64,000 nucleotides of DNA, taken from IMG/VR virus record IMGVR_UViG_3300044878_000062. One strand, written 5' to 3'. This document shows, in pieces, positions 20,355 to 28,994 of this stretch. The notes below the pieces were generated by a model that saw nothing but the letters and a program-made list of their open reading frames with translations, was not told the origin of the DNA and did not search any database. The position numbers and the translations under genes are program-made. The stretch comes from a virus. Each line of letters opens with the position of its first letter. Within the stretch, counting starts at the first letter, position 1.

Positions 20355-21218
20355 ATGTTTAAATACGCCAAAGCCCAGACAGACATCCTCTTCCAACTGG
20401 TGAATGAATCCAACCCTGGGTTGGTTGAAGCACGTGACCTTGTGAACTCCTTGATCGGAGTACCTGCTGCTCGGACACCGGGTGCTGGTGAGATTCAGGA
20501 TACGTCTGTCTCCATCTTCGCAACACCGGCATCGTTCTACATCGGCAAGCGTACGGTCACGTATCGTCGTATTGACTTGGCCAAGCTCTTTGCCAGCACC
20601 GTAGTGGAGTTGGACATCTGGCAGAACGGTTCGACCATGACTCCGGCGATCTTTGTACAAGAGGTCAACAAGAAGTATGGCTTAGCCTTACTGGAGTCAG
20701 ACATTCCAGCGGCCAACCGTGGTTCCCAAGCTGGTGTGCAAAACATGACCATCAACGCAACGTCCTTGTTGTATAAAGGTACGTTTGTGTTCCGTTGGTT
20801 AATGGGTAAACGGACGATCAACGAGATCTTCGGTTCGGTTCGACCACCAGGACTTCGGTGGGACGTGAACAACGTCGAAGGTAAACCTATCGCTACTCTG
20901 GTAGGCTTCGGGGTTGACTACACTGGTCAGTTGGCAACGATCAACCAGTTAGCTACCACGGTGAACCTGACCTCCACCCAGAACCCTTTCGTGAAGACGC
21001 TGATCACCAAACTCAATGGCTACACTGGATTGAATTTGGACATCCTGAAAGATCACACGCAAGTCGGTGGGTTGATGGGACTGGCGATCACTAAGGTCAC
21101 TATTCCTTCGGACAACGCTATCGAAGCGAACAGTGCGAAGTTCAACCGAGTACTGGTGATCTCTGCTCTTCCGGGCAGTTGGTTCTGCGGGAAGTTCCTG
21201 CTCCACTACAACGCTTAA
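20355..21218 (+). CDS. Two-domain tail-fibre-family protein
   Basis: YRRIDLAKLF; FGVDYT...EANSAKFNRV...GKFLLHYN. Confidence 0.8.
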   Translation: MFKYAKAQTDILFQLVNESNPGLVEARDLVNSLIGVPAARTPGAGEIQDTSVSIFATPASFYIGKRTVTYRRIDLAKLFASTVVELDIWQNGSTMTPAIFVQEVNKKYGLALLESDIPAANRGSQAGVQNMTINATSLLYKGTFVFRWLMGKRTINEIFGSVRPPGLRWDVNNVEGKPIATLVGFGVDYTGQLATINQLATTVNLTSTQNPFVKTLITKLNGYTGLNLDILKDHTQVGGLMGLAITKVTIPSDNAIEANSAKFNRVLVISALPGSWFCGKFLLHYNA

Positions 21219-21230
21219 TGAGGTTACGTT

Positions 21231-21713
21231 ATGTCACTTATTCAAGGGGCAAAACGCGACATCGTATCGACGCTGAACCGTGAATCCAAAGTGGTACTGG
21301 ACTACGCCGGTTTGATTCTGGGGAAACCCGTTTCAACCGGCAGTGGTGCACTACCTGAAACCAAAATGCGGATCACTGCTCTCGGCACGTATACGTATCG
21401 CGGCACAGAGGTGATTACTTACGACCGACTCCGGTTGCAAGAGTTGCCCACACGGCTGTACGTCCTCCCGAAGTTGCCACCTTTGGGAACGCTTTATGAA
21501 TTGCTTCCTTGGATCGCGGACAAAGTCGGTATCCTGTTTACTACAGATGATGTCGATGATGCTCCGGTGGTGACTAACGCACCCGGTGATTACCAAGTAG
21601 CAATGGTGGCAAAACCCCTTTCTCATGGATGGGTTGGATCGTGTGTCTTGAAGTTTACTGACCTGCCTCCTATCTCACTCGCTATCACCAACGTCGACAT
21701 TGGATGGACTTGA
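21231..21713 (+). CDS. Tail-fibre-family protein, N-terminal domain only
   Basis: YRGTEVITYDRLRL, SHGWVG, ends ISLAITNVDIGWT. Confidence 0.75.
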   Translation: MSLIQGAKRDIVSTLNRESKVVLDYAGLILGKPVSTGSGALPETKMRITALGTYTYRGTEVITYDRLRLQELPTRLYVLPKLPPLGTLYELLPWIADKVGILFTTDDVDDAPVVTNAPGDYQVAMVAKPLSHGWVGSCVLKFTDLPPISLAITNVDIGWT

Positions 21714-21715
21714 TC

Positions 21716-22087
21716 ATGGCTATTCCTATCATCTGGAAAAACTATTTCTTCAACATTGACTTCTCGCCGGAGCACGCGTTCCTGCAATCCATCCCGACGG
21801 ATCAAGAGCTGGACGGTTCTGTTTGTGAGAGCCTCGCTGCTATCTTCCACGCTTACGATCGTAAAGCTGGCAAGGATCGTTGGATTGGTTCTGGCGCTAC
21901 CACCGAGTACAACCTCAAGGGCGCTGTGGCGTTCTACAACGGCCATAACAGCCGTGACTTCCCGACCAACTCAATCTACTCCCACGTATTGATGTTGCAG
22001 TTCCCTGCGACCTCTCAGGCACCAGTAGGTCGGATCTACATTCAGTACAATGTGCCTGCTCCCTTGGAGTTAGCCCCAGAGGAGTAA
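21716..22087 (+). CDS. Tail-fibre-family protein, C-terminal domain only (alternative start 21704)
   Basis: YFFNIDFS...YNLKGA...TNSIYSHVL...GRIYIQYN, like the C-halves of 16745 and 19417. Confidence 0.75.
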   Translation: MAIPIIWKNYFFNIDFSPEHAFLQSIPTDQELDGSVCESLAAIFHAYDRKAGKDRWIGSGATTEYNLKGAVAFYNGHNSRDFPTNSIYSHVLMLQFPATSQAPVGRIYIQYNVPAPLELAPEE

Positions 22088-22091
22088 TGAC

Positions 22092-23645
22092 ATGGCTATT
22101 GTACACATGTTTGGCTTTGACCAAATGGAACCCACACCTACTACCAACCTTGGTGTAGCAGCACTGAACAACGCCCTAGCGGCTGAGGGGTTCCCATTGG
22201 TCGGTGTCCAGTACACCTCTAACCAATTCATATTCGCCGCTTATAAAGGACGAACGTGGCTTCAATGTGGTTCGGCCTACTCGTCTCAGACCCAGTGCAT
22301 TGCTCGATTTGGGATGACGCTCCTAGAATGGTTTGGTCCTAACCCAGACAAGAAGAAATGTTACATCGGGTTCCGCATGTACTCCCCACTGAACATTTCG
22401 GATGGTGGGTCCTTCTCGACCTTTGGTAACAGTCCTATTTTCCCGTTTCCTGCCGTGACCGGGGAAGCTTACTACGAACTCTGCTACGACCCGGTGACGG
22501 GTACCATGCAACGGTGGATTGATGGTATTCCACTGGCGGACCTCAGCACCGGAATCTTGGGTGACTCCACTCAGATTTATCTCGGCCTTTTCTTTGGCGG
22601 TGCTTACATCAACGTCTGGACTGCGTGGTTTACGGACATCTACTCAATCATCGATACTGGGGATGACACCCCGTGTACCCGATTGGGTTCTGTTCGTGTT
22701 ACGCCGTTGGCAACCGATTCCGTAAGCCTACCAGCAGACTGGGGCACAATCCAACCAGACTACGGTAGCGTTACAGTCGGTGCGGATACTTACCGCCGGT
22801 CGTACCCTAGCTTCAGTCAGGCACCGTACTCGGGATTCAACTATACCTGTAACCTGTCGCCTCGTACAGGTGCGATCCTGTACCACATCTACTCGCCCAC
22901 ATCGCCGGTTGAGTTCAACATCAACAACCCCACGGTGGGGAACCCAGTAATCTTCACCATGAAGTTTAATCGTCCAACTAAAGTTGGACTTCTTCAATGG
23001 CGTCGAACCAACACCGCAGGTTACTTCTACCCAACTGGCTACACGATTGAAGGGTCTAACGATAACGCGCAGTGGACGGTATTGGGTACCTACTCTTCTG
23101 TTGCGTCGGCCCACGGTAACGTGGTCAACTCGGTGGTCCCTGAGGGCACTCGCGGTAGCTACCTCTATTACCGTGTGGTCTTTACTGCGGGTACCTCGTA
23201 TGGTGCGGCCAACTATTTCACCATCTGTGGTGTTCAGTTTTTTAGTGCCCCAGATGAAGTGATTCGTACTCCAACTGAGATACTGGATAACGACTACGCC
23301 TACGACAACGTCGGGAACGATCAAAACGGTGGTGTGGTTCGAACGGGTGTCTTGGAAAGCGAAGCAGTAGTAGGGATCAAGAAACCAGTGTTGAATGGTG
23401 AAACAATCCTCAAGGTACAACTGCGGGTATCGGCCTTACGAGACGGTGGTTCTGAAAACCGGTTGATTGTCAACACTCGACAAGGGGCCACCACGCTTCC
23501 TGACTACACCTACCAGCTCAATGCTGCTATCCGTCAAGGGGTAGTGGTCTTCGATGCACACAAAGCGCCAGACGGTACACCATGGACCCCTGACACCGTC
23601 AACGCTCTTGAGCTGGTGCTCAAGTCTAAAACAGGAGCAGCATAA
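22092..23645 (+). CDS. Cassette 1 protein A: LamG/ConA-like domain + inserted F5/8 (discoidin) domain + C-terminal beta domain; putative receptor-binding head
   Basis: YYELCYD...RWIDG, FTDIY, RLGSVRV; PTGYTIEGSNDNAQWTVL...YLYYRV; PDGTPWTPDTVNALE. Confidence 0.75.
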   Translation: MAIVHMFGFDQMEPTPTTNLGVAALNNALAAEGFPLVGVQYTSNQFIFAAYKGRTWLQCGSAYSSQTQCIARFGMTLLEWFGPNPDKKKCYIGFRMYSPLNISDGGSFSTFGNSPIFPFPAVTGEAYYELCYDPVTGTMQRWIDGIPLADLSTGILGDSTQIYLGLFFGGAYINVWTAWFTDIYSIIDTGDDTPCTRLGSVRVTPLATDSVSLPADWGTIQPDYGSVTVGADTYRRSYPSFSQAPYSGFNYTCNLSPRTGAILYHIYSPTSPVEFNINNPTVGNPVIFTMKFNRPTKVGLLQWRRTNTAGYFYPTGYTIEGSNDNAQWTVLGTYSSVASAHGNVVNSVVPEGTRGSYLYYRVVFTAGTSYGAANYFTICGVQFFSAPDEVIRTPTEILDNDYAYDNVGNDQNGGVVRTGVLESEAVVGIKKPVLNGETILKVQLRVSALRDGGSENRLIVNTRQGATTLPDYTYQLNAAIRQGVVVFDAHKAPDGTPWTPDTVNALELVLKSKTGAA

Positions 23646-24697
23646 TGGCCATTTTGGAAATGATTGGCTTTGAGGCATATCCGCCAGCACTGAGCCACAG
23701 TAACAACTTGCCACTGTTGGGTAAAGGACTACTCACGTCAGCAGCCAACAACTTTAGTGTGGAAGTAGTCAACGGACGTTCAAGACTGCAAGTGCCTGCG
23801 GGTAACGCGTTTCTCATATTCGCCCTAGCACAACTCAGTACCCCTGCGGAACTGAAACGGGTGAAACACTGGGGTGGCTTCCGGTTTCAAACCAAGGTCT
23901 CCACAGTAACGACTGCACCGCTGCTGCGCTTCCGAGTTGCTTACTCCACGAGTTCGGTGGTCGACGTCGTCGTACTGACGTTGGGTAACATCGGGTCCGG
24001 TGCCCCACAGACGACAGAAGTATACGTCGAATGGTGTATCGACTGTCAGAACCAGATCATCATGTCTTGGATCGACGGTGTCCGTCAACTAGACGTAGCA
24101 TTGCCTGCTGCTAGCGTGATGGATACTCTGCGAGACATTTCGGTCTACTACGGCCAAGACCAATACACCGTCAACCAAACGTGGAATGATTTTTACTTTG
24201 TGAAAGACACCTCGGATGTTGACGCTGGCGCTACACTGTCTCGTCGTCTGGGTCCTGTTCGCGTCAAAGCTGTACAGGTGAATGCGGTTGAGTTGCCTGC
24301 GGGTTGGTCAGTATCGGCTGGTAATGCGGTTGACGTCTTGAACTCCAAGAACATGACGTACACCTCACCAACTGCTCCCGTGATCCGTACAGCACCAGAT
24401 GAATCGGTAGCCAAGATCGGGTTTGCTAAACCGACTAACACGTGGGACATTCAAGCAGTGTCTATTCGTGACTGGTTCTTCCGGGATACCGGTACTACCA
24501 CCAGTATCGTCACACAGCTTAAACAGGGTGAGACGTTGTTGGAGAAGATCAATACGTCAGCTCAGTCCTCTACTCCTCGTACAGGTTCTGCTGCGGATCG
24601 ATTGGGTGTGTACAACCGTTCGCTGGATGGAACTCCGTGGACTGCCGACAAAGTGGATCTATTGGAAATCTTGGTTAACTCCAAGTCTGGGGGCTAG
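23645..24697 (+). CDS. Cassette 1 protein B: LamG-like head without the discoidin insert
   Basis: YVEWCID...SWIDG, WNDFY, RLGPVRV, DGTPWTADKV; TAATG overlap. Confidence 0.75.
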   Translation: MAILEMIGFEAYPPALSHSNNLPLLGKGLLTSAANNFSVEVVNGRSRLQVPAGNAFLIFALAQLSTPAELKRVKHWGGFRFQTKVSTVTTAPLLRFRVAYSTSSVVDVVVLTLGNIGSGAPQTTEVYVEWCIDCQNQIIMSWIDGVRQLDVALPAASVMDTLRDISVYYGQDQYTVNQTWNDFYFVKDTSDVDAGATLSRRLGPVRVKAVQVNAVELPAGWSVSAGNAVDVLNSKNMTYTSPTAPVIRTAPDESVAKIGFAKPTNTWDIQAVSIRDWFFRDTGTTTSIVTQLKQGETLLEKINTSAQSSTPRTGSAADRLGVYNRSLDGTPWTADKVDLLEILVNSKSGG

Positions 24698-24699
24698 GT

Positions 24700-25491
24700 A
24701 TGGCTACTGACCAATTGAACGTAAGGGCCGTACAGGCTGAGTTCTTGGAGATCGAGAAAACGCCTGCGTCAGTACGTCGTGTTCAGGGTCAGGTCCTCAG
24801 TTACGCCAAAGATCCAATGAGCGTTCGGGCTTTCAGTCTCGAGTATCTTGAGGTTGAACAGACCGATGCTTCCGTTCGTCGGATTCAGGGACAGATGCTT
24901 TGTCTGTCCCGCGACCCCCTATCACTGCGTGCTTTTCAGGTTGAGTACTTGGAGTTGGAGGTTCGTCCTCCTAGCTACAACCAAGCTGCTTGGCCTAAGT
25001 TGTTGGCAAAGATCAACGAGTACAACGGCACAACGTTCACTGAAGCGATGGTTACTTTCGAGAACCCCACTGCGGTGAACTTACCCGGTAAATACAACAC
25101 ACGCTTGACACTGCGCGCTACCCCAGCTTCGCAGCACTCAGGTACAGTTGACATTTACTACCCGCGTTTCTCTGTCAAGGATGTATTGAAAGGAGATCCT
25201 AAGCCTTTCAACAAAAACGGAATGGCCTCCGTATGGGACACGTTGCCACAGGTTAACTCTCTGTGGGGACTCCAACTCACTACGGCGGATGTGGTGAACT
25301 CACCGTTGGAACCTAACGGCGACTTCTATATCACGATCGCACCAAGTAGTTTGTTCTTCATCCCAGGTGAAAGATACCGCTACGGATTGAGTGTTCCTCT
25401 ATCTGGTGAGTATCCAACGCAAGATCTTGTTGGCTTCGGTCTCCCGACATTTGTTGAGAGATACCCAACACAAGACCTCCCAGGGTTCTAA
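24700..25491 (+). CDS. Cassette 1 protein C: five 17-aa repeats + tail-fibre-family domain + duplicated C-terminal motif (putative adaptor)
   Basis: Repeats at aa 5-89; YNTRLTL...HSGTVDIYYPR; YPTQDL twice. Confidence 0.75.
   Translation: MATDQLNVRAVQAEFLEIEKTPASVRRVQGQVLSYAKDPMSVRAFSLEYLEVEQTDASVRRIQGQMLCLSRDPLSLRAFQVEYLELEVRPPSYNQAAWPKLLAKINEYNGTTFTEAMVTFENPTAVNLPGKYNTRLTLRATPASQHSGTVDIYYPRFSVKDVLKGDPKPFNKNGMASVWDTLPQVNSLWGLQLTTADVVNSPLEPNGDFYITIAPSSLFFIPGERYRYGLSVPLSGEYPTQDLVGFGLPTFVERYPTQDLPGF
24712..24966 (+). repeat. Five tandem 17-aa (51-nt) degenerate coding repeats, pattern X-Y-X-Y-X
   Basis: QLNVRAVQAEFLEIEKT / PASVRRVQGQVLSYAKD / PMSVRAFSLEYLEVEQT / DASVRRIQGQMLCLSRD / PLSLRAFQVEYLELEVR. 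Confidence 0.9.
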
Positions 25492-25493
25492 TG

Positions 25494-25531
25494 CTCCTCG
25501 GCCCCCTAAAGGGCCGGGGCCTTTTATGAGG
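25494..25531 (+). terminator. Hairpin + TTTTATG separating the two cassettes
   Basis: cctcggccc-cctaaa-gggccgggg-ccttttatgagg. Confidence 0.65.
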
Positions 25532-25543
25532 TTACGGTTTTTT

Positions 25544-27121
25544 ATGGCCATCAAAAACATTTTCGGGTTTGACCAATTCGCCCCTCGAACTGATGTCAAT
25601 GCGCAAGTTGCCGCATCCGTCATCCAACGGTGGTTCGACGAGGAAGGATACCCATTTACCTTTGAAACAGCGTACGGCGGTTATGGTGAGTACGCCAACT
25701 ACCAGATCGTTAACTACGCTGGACGTAACTGGTTCGGTCAAATCTTTAGCAACCCACTCAACACCAACTACCGATTACACAATCGAGTCTACACCACCAT
25801 TGGTGCATTGTTTGGTGCAGCTTCGCCTAAGACCAAATGGTACGGGGGCATTCGTTACTACAAAGCCATGAACACCTACACCGGTGGTGTGTCGATGGTT
25901 AAGGTGTGTAACGTGGACCTACTCCTGCTCAACACAGCCCCAGAAGGCGAACACTACTTCGAGTGGTGTATCGACTGGGTCGCCGGTACTCTGACCTGGT
26001 GGTTGGATGGTGGCCAGTTGGGTACGACGACAATAACACCAACAGTAGGACACCTGTTTGAGTTCGGTCGTATCGGTGGTCCGTACTGGCACAACGGCGG
26101 ACCTCTGTACTACACCGATATGTATTTCGTGGTAGACACCCAAGACGATACTCCATCTAACCGTCTAGGTCCGGTTCGAGTTAGTGCTGTCCCGTTGGAT
26201 CAGGCCACGGTCCCAGGCGATTGGGCTACGGTGGACAACAACGGTGGGGTGACGATCAACGGTACACCTTATCGACACGTAGTTCCTGTACTGACAACCA
26301 ATGGTGACTTTGGGTTCAACGTATCCGTTGTCGCACCGACAGCTTCCGCTGGTGCCATCGTGGGTCTGTTCGATAGAAACCAAGCGTCTAACGTTGCATG
26401 GGTAATGTCTCCAGGCCCAACTCCACAAGTCCCAGTTTACGTCAACGTCCAGTTACCACAATTGCGGAAGATAGAAGCGTACGGTCTCACTGCCTACAAC
26501 AGTGCCGCCTACTTCAGTCCGAACACGTGGTTCCTAGAAGGTTCGTTGGATAACGTGACGTGGGATCGACTCCACAGCATCACTGATGATCTTCGAGCCC
26601 CCTTGGGTACTCCGAAGTATTATGAGGTCCCAGCGAACGTGGCGAAAGAGTATCGCTACTATCGTCTCGGCATCACGAGCGTTAGTGGGACAGGTGGTAA
26701 CAATACCTTGGTGTTGGGCGACTTCTACCTGTTCAGTAAGTCACCGCTCCCACCGCTGACTGTGTTGAATGAACAGATCCGGGGTAACGGCCTTAACGCC
26801 GCTGCAACTACTGGTGTGCGTACGTCGACTAACCAAAGTGAAGCCACTCTCAGTTTGGCTGCACCTACGGTCCTGGGCGACAACAAAGTCCTCTTCGTAC
26901 GGGTGATCGCAAAAGCCTTGCGAGAAACGGCTGGGAATGAACGTCTGTCCTCCTTGGTCACGATGGGTGGTTACGCTCCGGCTCCTCTGGTCACAGACTT
27001 GAACGACACCTACAAGGACATCGTGGTGGGTGAGTACCACAAGAAGTCCGATGGTCAACTTTTCACTGCGGCAGACATTGGCAACATTGCTATTGCTGTC
27101 AAGTCCATCCCTGGAGCCTAA
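25544..27121 (+). CDS. Cassette 2 protein A': LamG-like + discoidin + C-terminal beta domain
   Basis: Start MAIKNIFGFDQ parallels MAIVHMFGFDQ of A; YFEWCIDW...WWLDG; PNTWFLEGSLDNVTWDRL...YRYYRL. Confidence 0.75.
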   Translation: MAIKNIFGFDQFAPRTDVNAQVAASVIQRWFDEEGYPFTFETAYGGYGEYANYQIVNYAGRNWFGQIFSNPLNTNYRLHNRVYTTIGALFGAASPKTKWYGGIRYYKAMNTYTGGVSMVKVCNVDLLLLNTAPEGEHYFEWCIDWVAGTLTWWLDGGQLGTTTITPTVGHLFEFGRIGGPYWHNGGPLYYTDMYFVVDTQDDTPSNRLGPVRVSAVPLDQATVPGDWATVDNNGGVTINGTPYRHVVPVLTTNGDFGFNVSVVAPTASAGAIVGLFDRNQASNVAWVMSPGPTPQVPVYVNVQLPQLRKIEAYGLTAYNSAAYFSPNTWFLEGSLDNVTWDRLHSITDDLRAPLGTPKYYEVPANVAKEYRYYRLGITSVSGTGGNNTLVLGDFYLFSKSPLPPLTVLNEQIRGNGLNAAATTGVRTSTNQSEATLSLAAPTVLGDNKVLFVRVIAKALRETAGNERLSSLVTMGGYAPAPLVTDLNDTYKDIVVGEYHKKSDGQLFTAADIGNIAIAVKSIPGA

Positions 27122-27123
27122 TC

Positions 27124-28215
27124 ATGTCTGTTTTGGATATTATGGGATTTGAAGATTTCCCTGCCGTAGCCGACTCACTGACGTACGAATCTTTGATGAA
27201 AGGGTTCGCTCGCTGGTACGTCGGTACTCAGACAATCACGATGGCGCAACGTAATGGTCGTCAGTGGTGTCGTGTAGCCGGACTGGACGGTTCTCCTGCC
27301 GGTTACTCTACGTCTCGAGCTGCCTCGGTCTGGCTCAACCAGTGGGACCTGTTCACCCCAGCGCAGAAGACCCTGTTCTTAACGAAGAAGGTCTGGTTCG
27401 GGTATCGTTACCGAAACAACTTGATTCAAGCTGGCGGTATGAACAGCCACGCCTGCATGTACATCGGTCCCAACGGTTTCGTGGATCTACTCGCAGGTGG
27501 CGATCTGTCGTACGACACCGAGTACTACTTGGAGTTCGGGATCGACTGGGGCAACAAAACTGTCGAGTGCTGGCGAGACGGCGTGCTGGCGAAGACCGTT
27601 ATTATCCCAGCGTGGTCCGACGGTCAATTGAGTACATTCCAGTTGATCATCGGTTACGTCACTCAGGAATACTCGAGTTCGTGGAATACGGCATACGGTC
27701 GTCAGTTCGACTGGAACGACATGTACCTGTTGATTGATGACGGTGTAGGTTTGTGTAATCGACTGGGTGCTGTGAAAGTACGTCCGTTGATTCCAGAGAC
27801 TGTGGAACTGGGTGAAGGTTGGACTAACCCAACTGGGGGTAATCCTGTCGACGTGATCTCACAAAGCAAGATGACCTTAGCGAACAAGTTGACCTCTGTA
27901 CTGAAGTCTTCTGTTAAGCATACCGACATCACGGTAAACTTCAAGCGACCTACCACCGATGAGTCTATCGAACACGTGTCGATTGATCTGTTGGCTTTCC
28001 GGGCTGAAGCTACGACCACTGCTATCACTGGTAAAGCAACGCTCGGTGGTGTGGACACTACGGTAGTTACCAAGACTCCACCGTTCAACAACTTCGGTAC
28101 GGGTCTGGGTGCTATCAGACTGTTGGCTGCGGACAAAGCTCCTGGTGGACAACGTTGGTCACTCGACGCGTTGGATAACCTCAATGTGTTGATCGCTGGT
28201 AAGACAGGGGGTTAA
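27124..28215 (+). CDS. Cassette 2 protein B': LamG-like head
   Basis: MSVLDIMGFE; YLEFGIDW...CWRDG, WNDMY, RLGAVKV, PGGQRWSLDALDNL. Confidence 0.75.
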   Translation: MSVLDIMGFEDFPAVADSLTYESLMKGFARWYVGTQTITMAQRNGRQWCRVAGLDGSPAGYSTSRAASVWLNQWDLFTPAQKTLFLTKKVWFGYRYRNNLIQAGGMNSHACMYIGPNGFVDLLAGGDLSYDTEYYLEFGIDWGNKTVECWRDGVLAKTVIIPAWSDGQLSTFQLIIGYVTQEYSSSWNTAYGRQFDWNDMYLLIDDGVGLCNRLGAVKVRPLIPETVELGEGWTNPTGGNPVDVISQSKMTLANKLTSVLKSSVKHTDITVNFKRPTTDESIEHVSIDLLAFRAEATTTAITGKATLGGVDTTVVTKTPPFNNFGTGLGAIRLLAADKAPGGQRWSLDALDNLNVLIAGKTGG

Positions 28216-28217
28216 CC

Positions 28218-28955
28218 ATGGGTTTAGTCACGGTACGTAGAGTTTACGCTCAAGTACTCCAGAGTGATTATCGCCCAGTAACTCTTCGTCGGGCTTACGC
28301 ACAAGTTCTTACTGTTGAGAACGTGCCTCTTAGCCTGCGACAAGTTCGTGGACAAATCCTCCAGCTAGCGGATGACCCAGTAGTACTACGACAAGTTCGT
28401 GGTATGTTCTTGACGATGGATGCGGTGATTCCTAACCTCCTCCTCGACTTCAAGGCTAACCTACTGGCGAAAGTCAACAAGGTCAACAACACCACTTTCA
28501 CGGTGAATGATGTTGACTTCGGTCCTCCGAGTCCTTTGGTGGGTGAACGTCGTAATAGTCAACTGACCGTTACAGCTAAGCCTTCCTCGGGTCACTCTAA
28601 AGAAGTGGTCATCCAGTACGACCGCATCAAGATTGATCTGGTGATTAAGGATTCCCTGACTCGTCCTCTGGACTTGACTGGGTTAACCTTAGTCTCACAA
28701 ACGTTGTCACAAATCAACACCCGGTACAATCTGGCGTTGACTGCGACTGACGTTGTGGAGAAAGAGATCAAGCCCGGACAGTCCAGTTTCACTCTGACCA
28801 TGGCTGGCACCAGTCGTTACTTCTTCCCAGGAAGCACGATTCAGTTTGGTTCAGGGATTCAACTGGCTACTGAGTTTGATCAAGTGGATCTGGGTGGCTT
28901 CGGTCTTCCTACATTCGCGTCTCGTTTCCCAGTGCAAGACCTTCCCTCTTTTTAA
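28218..28955 (+). CDS. Cassette 2 protein C': four 17-aa repeats + tail-fibre-family domain + duplicated C-terminal motif
   Basis: Repeats at aa 3-70; RNSQLTV...YDRIKI; DLGGFGLPTF...DLPSF. Confidence 0.75.
   Translation: MGLVTVRRVYAQVLQSDYRPVTLRRAYAQVLTVENVPLSLRQVRGQILQLADDPVVLRQVRGMFLTMDAVIPNLLLDFKANLLAKVNKVNNTTFTVNDVDFGPPSPLVGERRNSQLTVTAKPSSGHSKEVVIQYDRIKIDLVIKDSLTRPLDLTGLTLVSQTLSQINTRYNLALTATDVVEKEIKPGQSSFTLTMAGTSRYFFPGSTIQFGSGIQLATEFDQVDLGGFGLPTFASRFPVQDLPSF
28224..28427 (+). repeat. Four tandem 17-aa degenerate coding repeats, pattern X-X-Y-Y
   Basis: LVTVRRVYAQVLQSDYR / PVTLRRAYAQVLTVENV / PLSLRQVRGQILQLADD / PVVLRQVRGMFLTMDAV. Confidence 0.9.
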
Positions 28956-28959
28956 GGGA

Positions 28960-28994
28960 CATAAAGAGAGGAGCGCAGGCTCCTCTCTATGCCG
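28960..28994. terminator. Bidirectional terminator CATA...TATGCCG
   Basis: cataaagagaggagc-gcag-gctcctctctatgccg between convergent genes. Confidence 0.85.

Noticed and set aside
24712..24966. 51-nt periodicity as a possible CRISPR-like array
   Set aside because: Repeats are conserved at protein level only and lie in frame within a CDS; no identical DNA repeats with unique spacers
24686..28220. GGGGG runs before the B and B' stops, where a -1 slip would fuse B to C in frame
   Set aside because: Not a canonical X XXY YYZ slippery site; the G run is positioned as the RBS of C, and -1 junctions are common across this window
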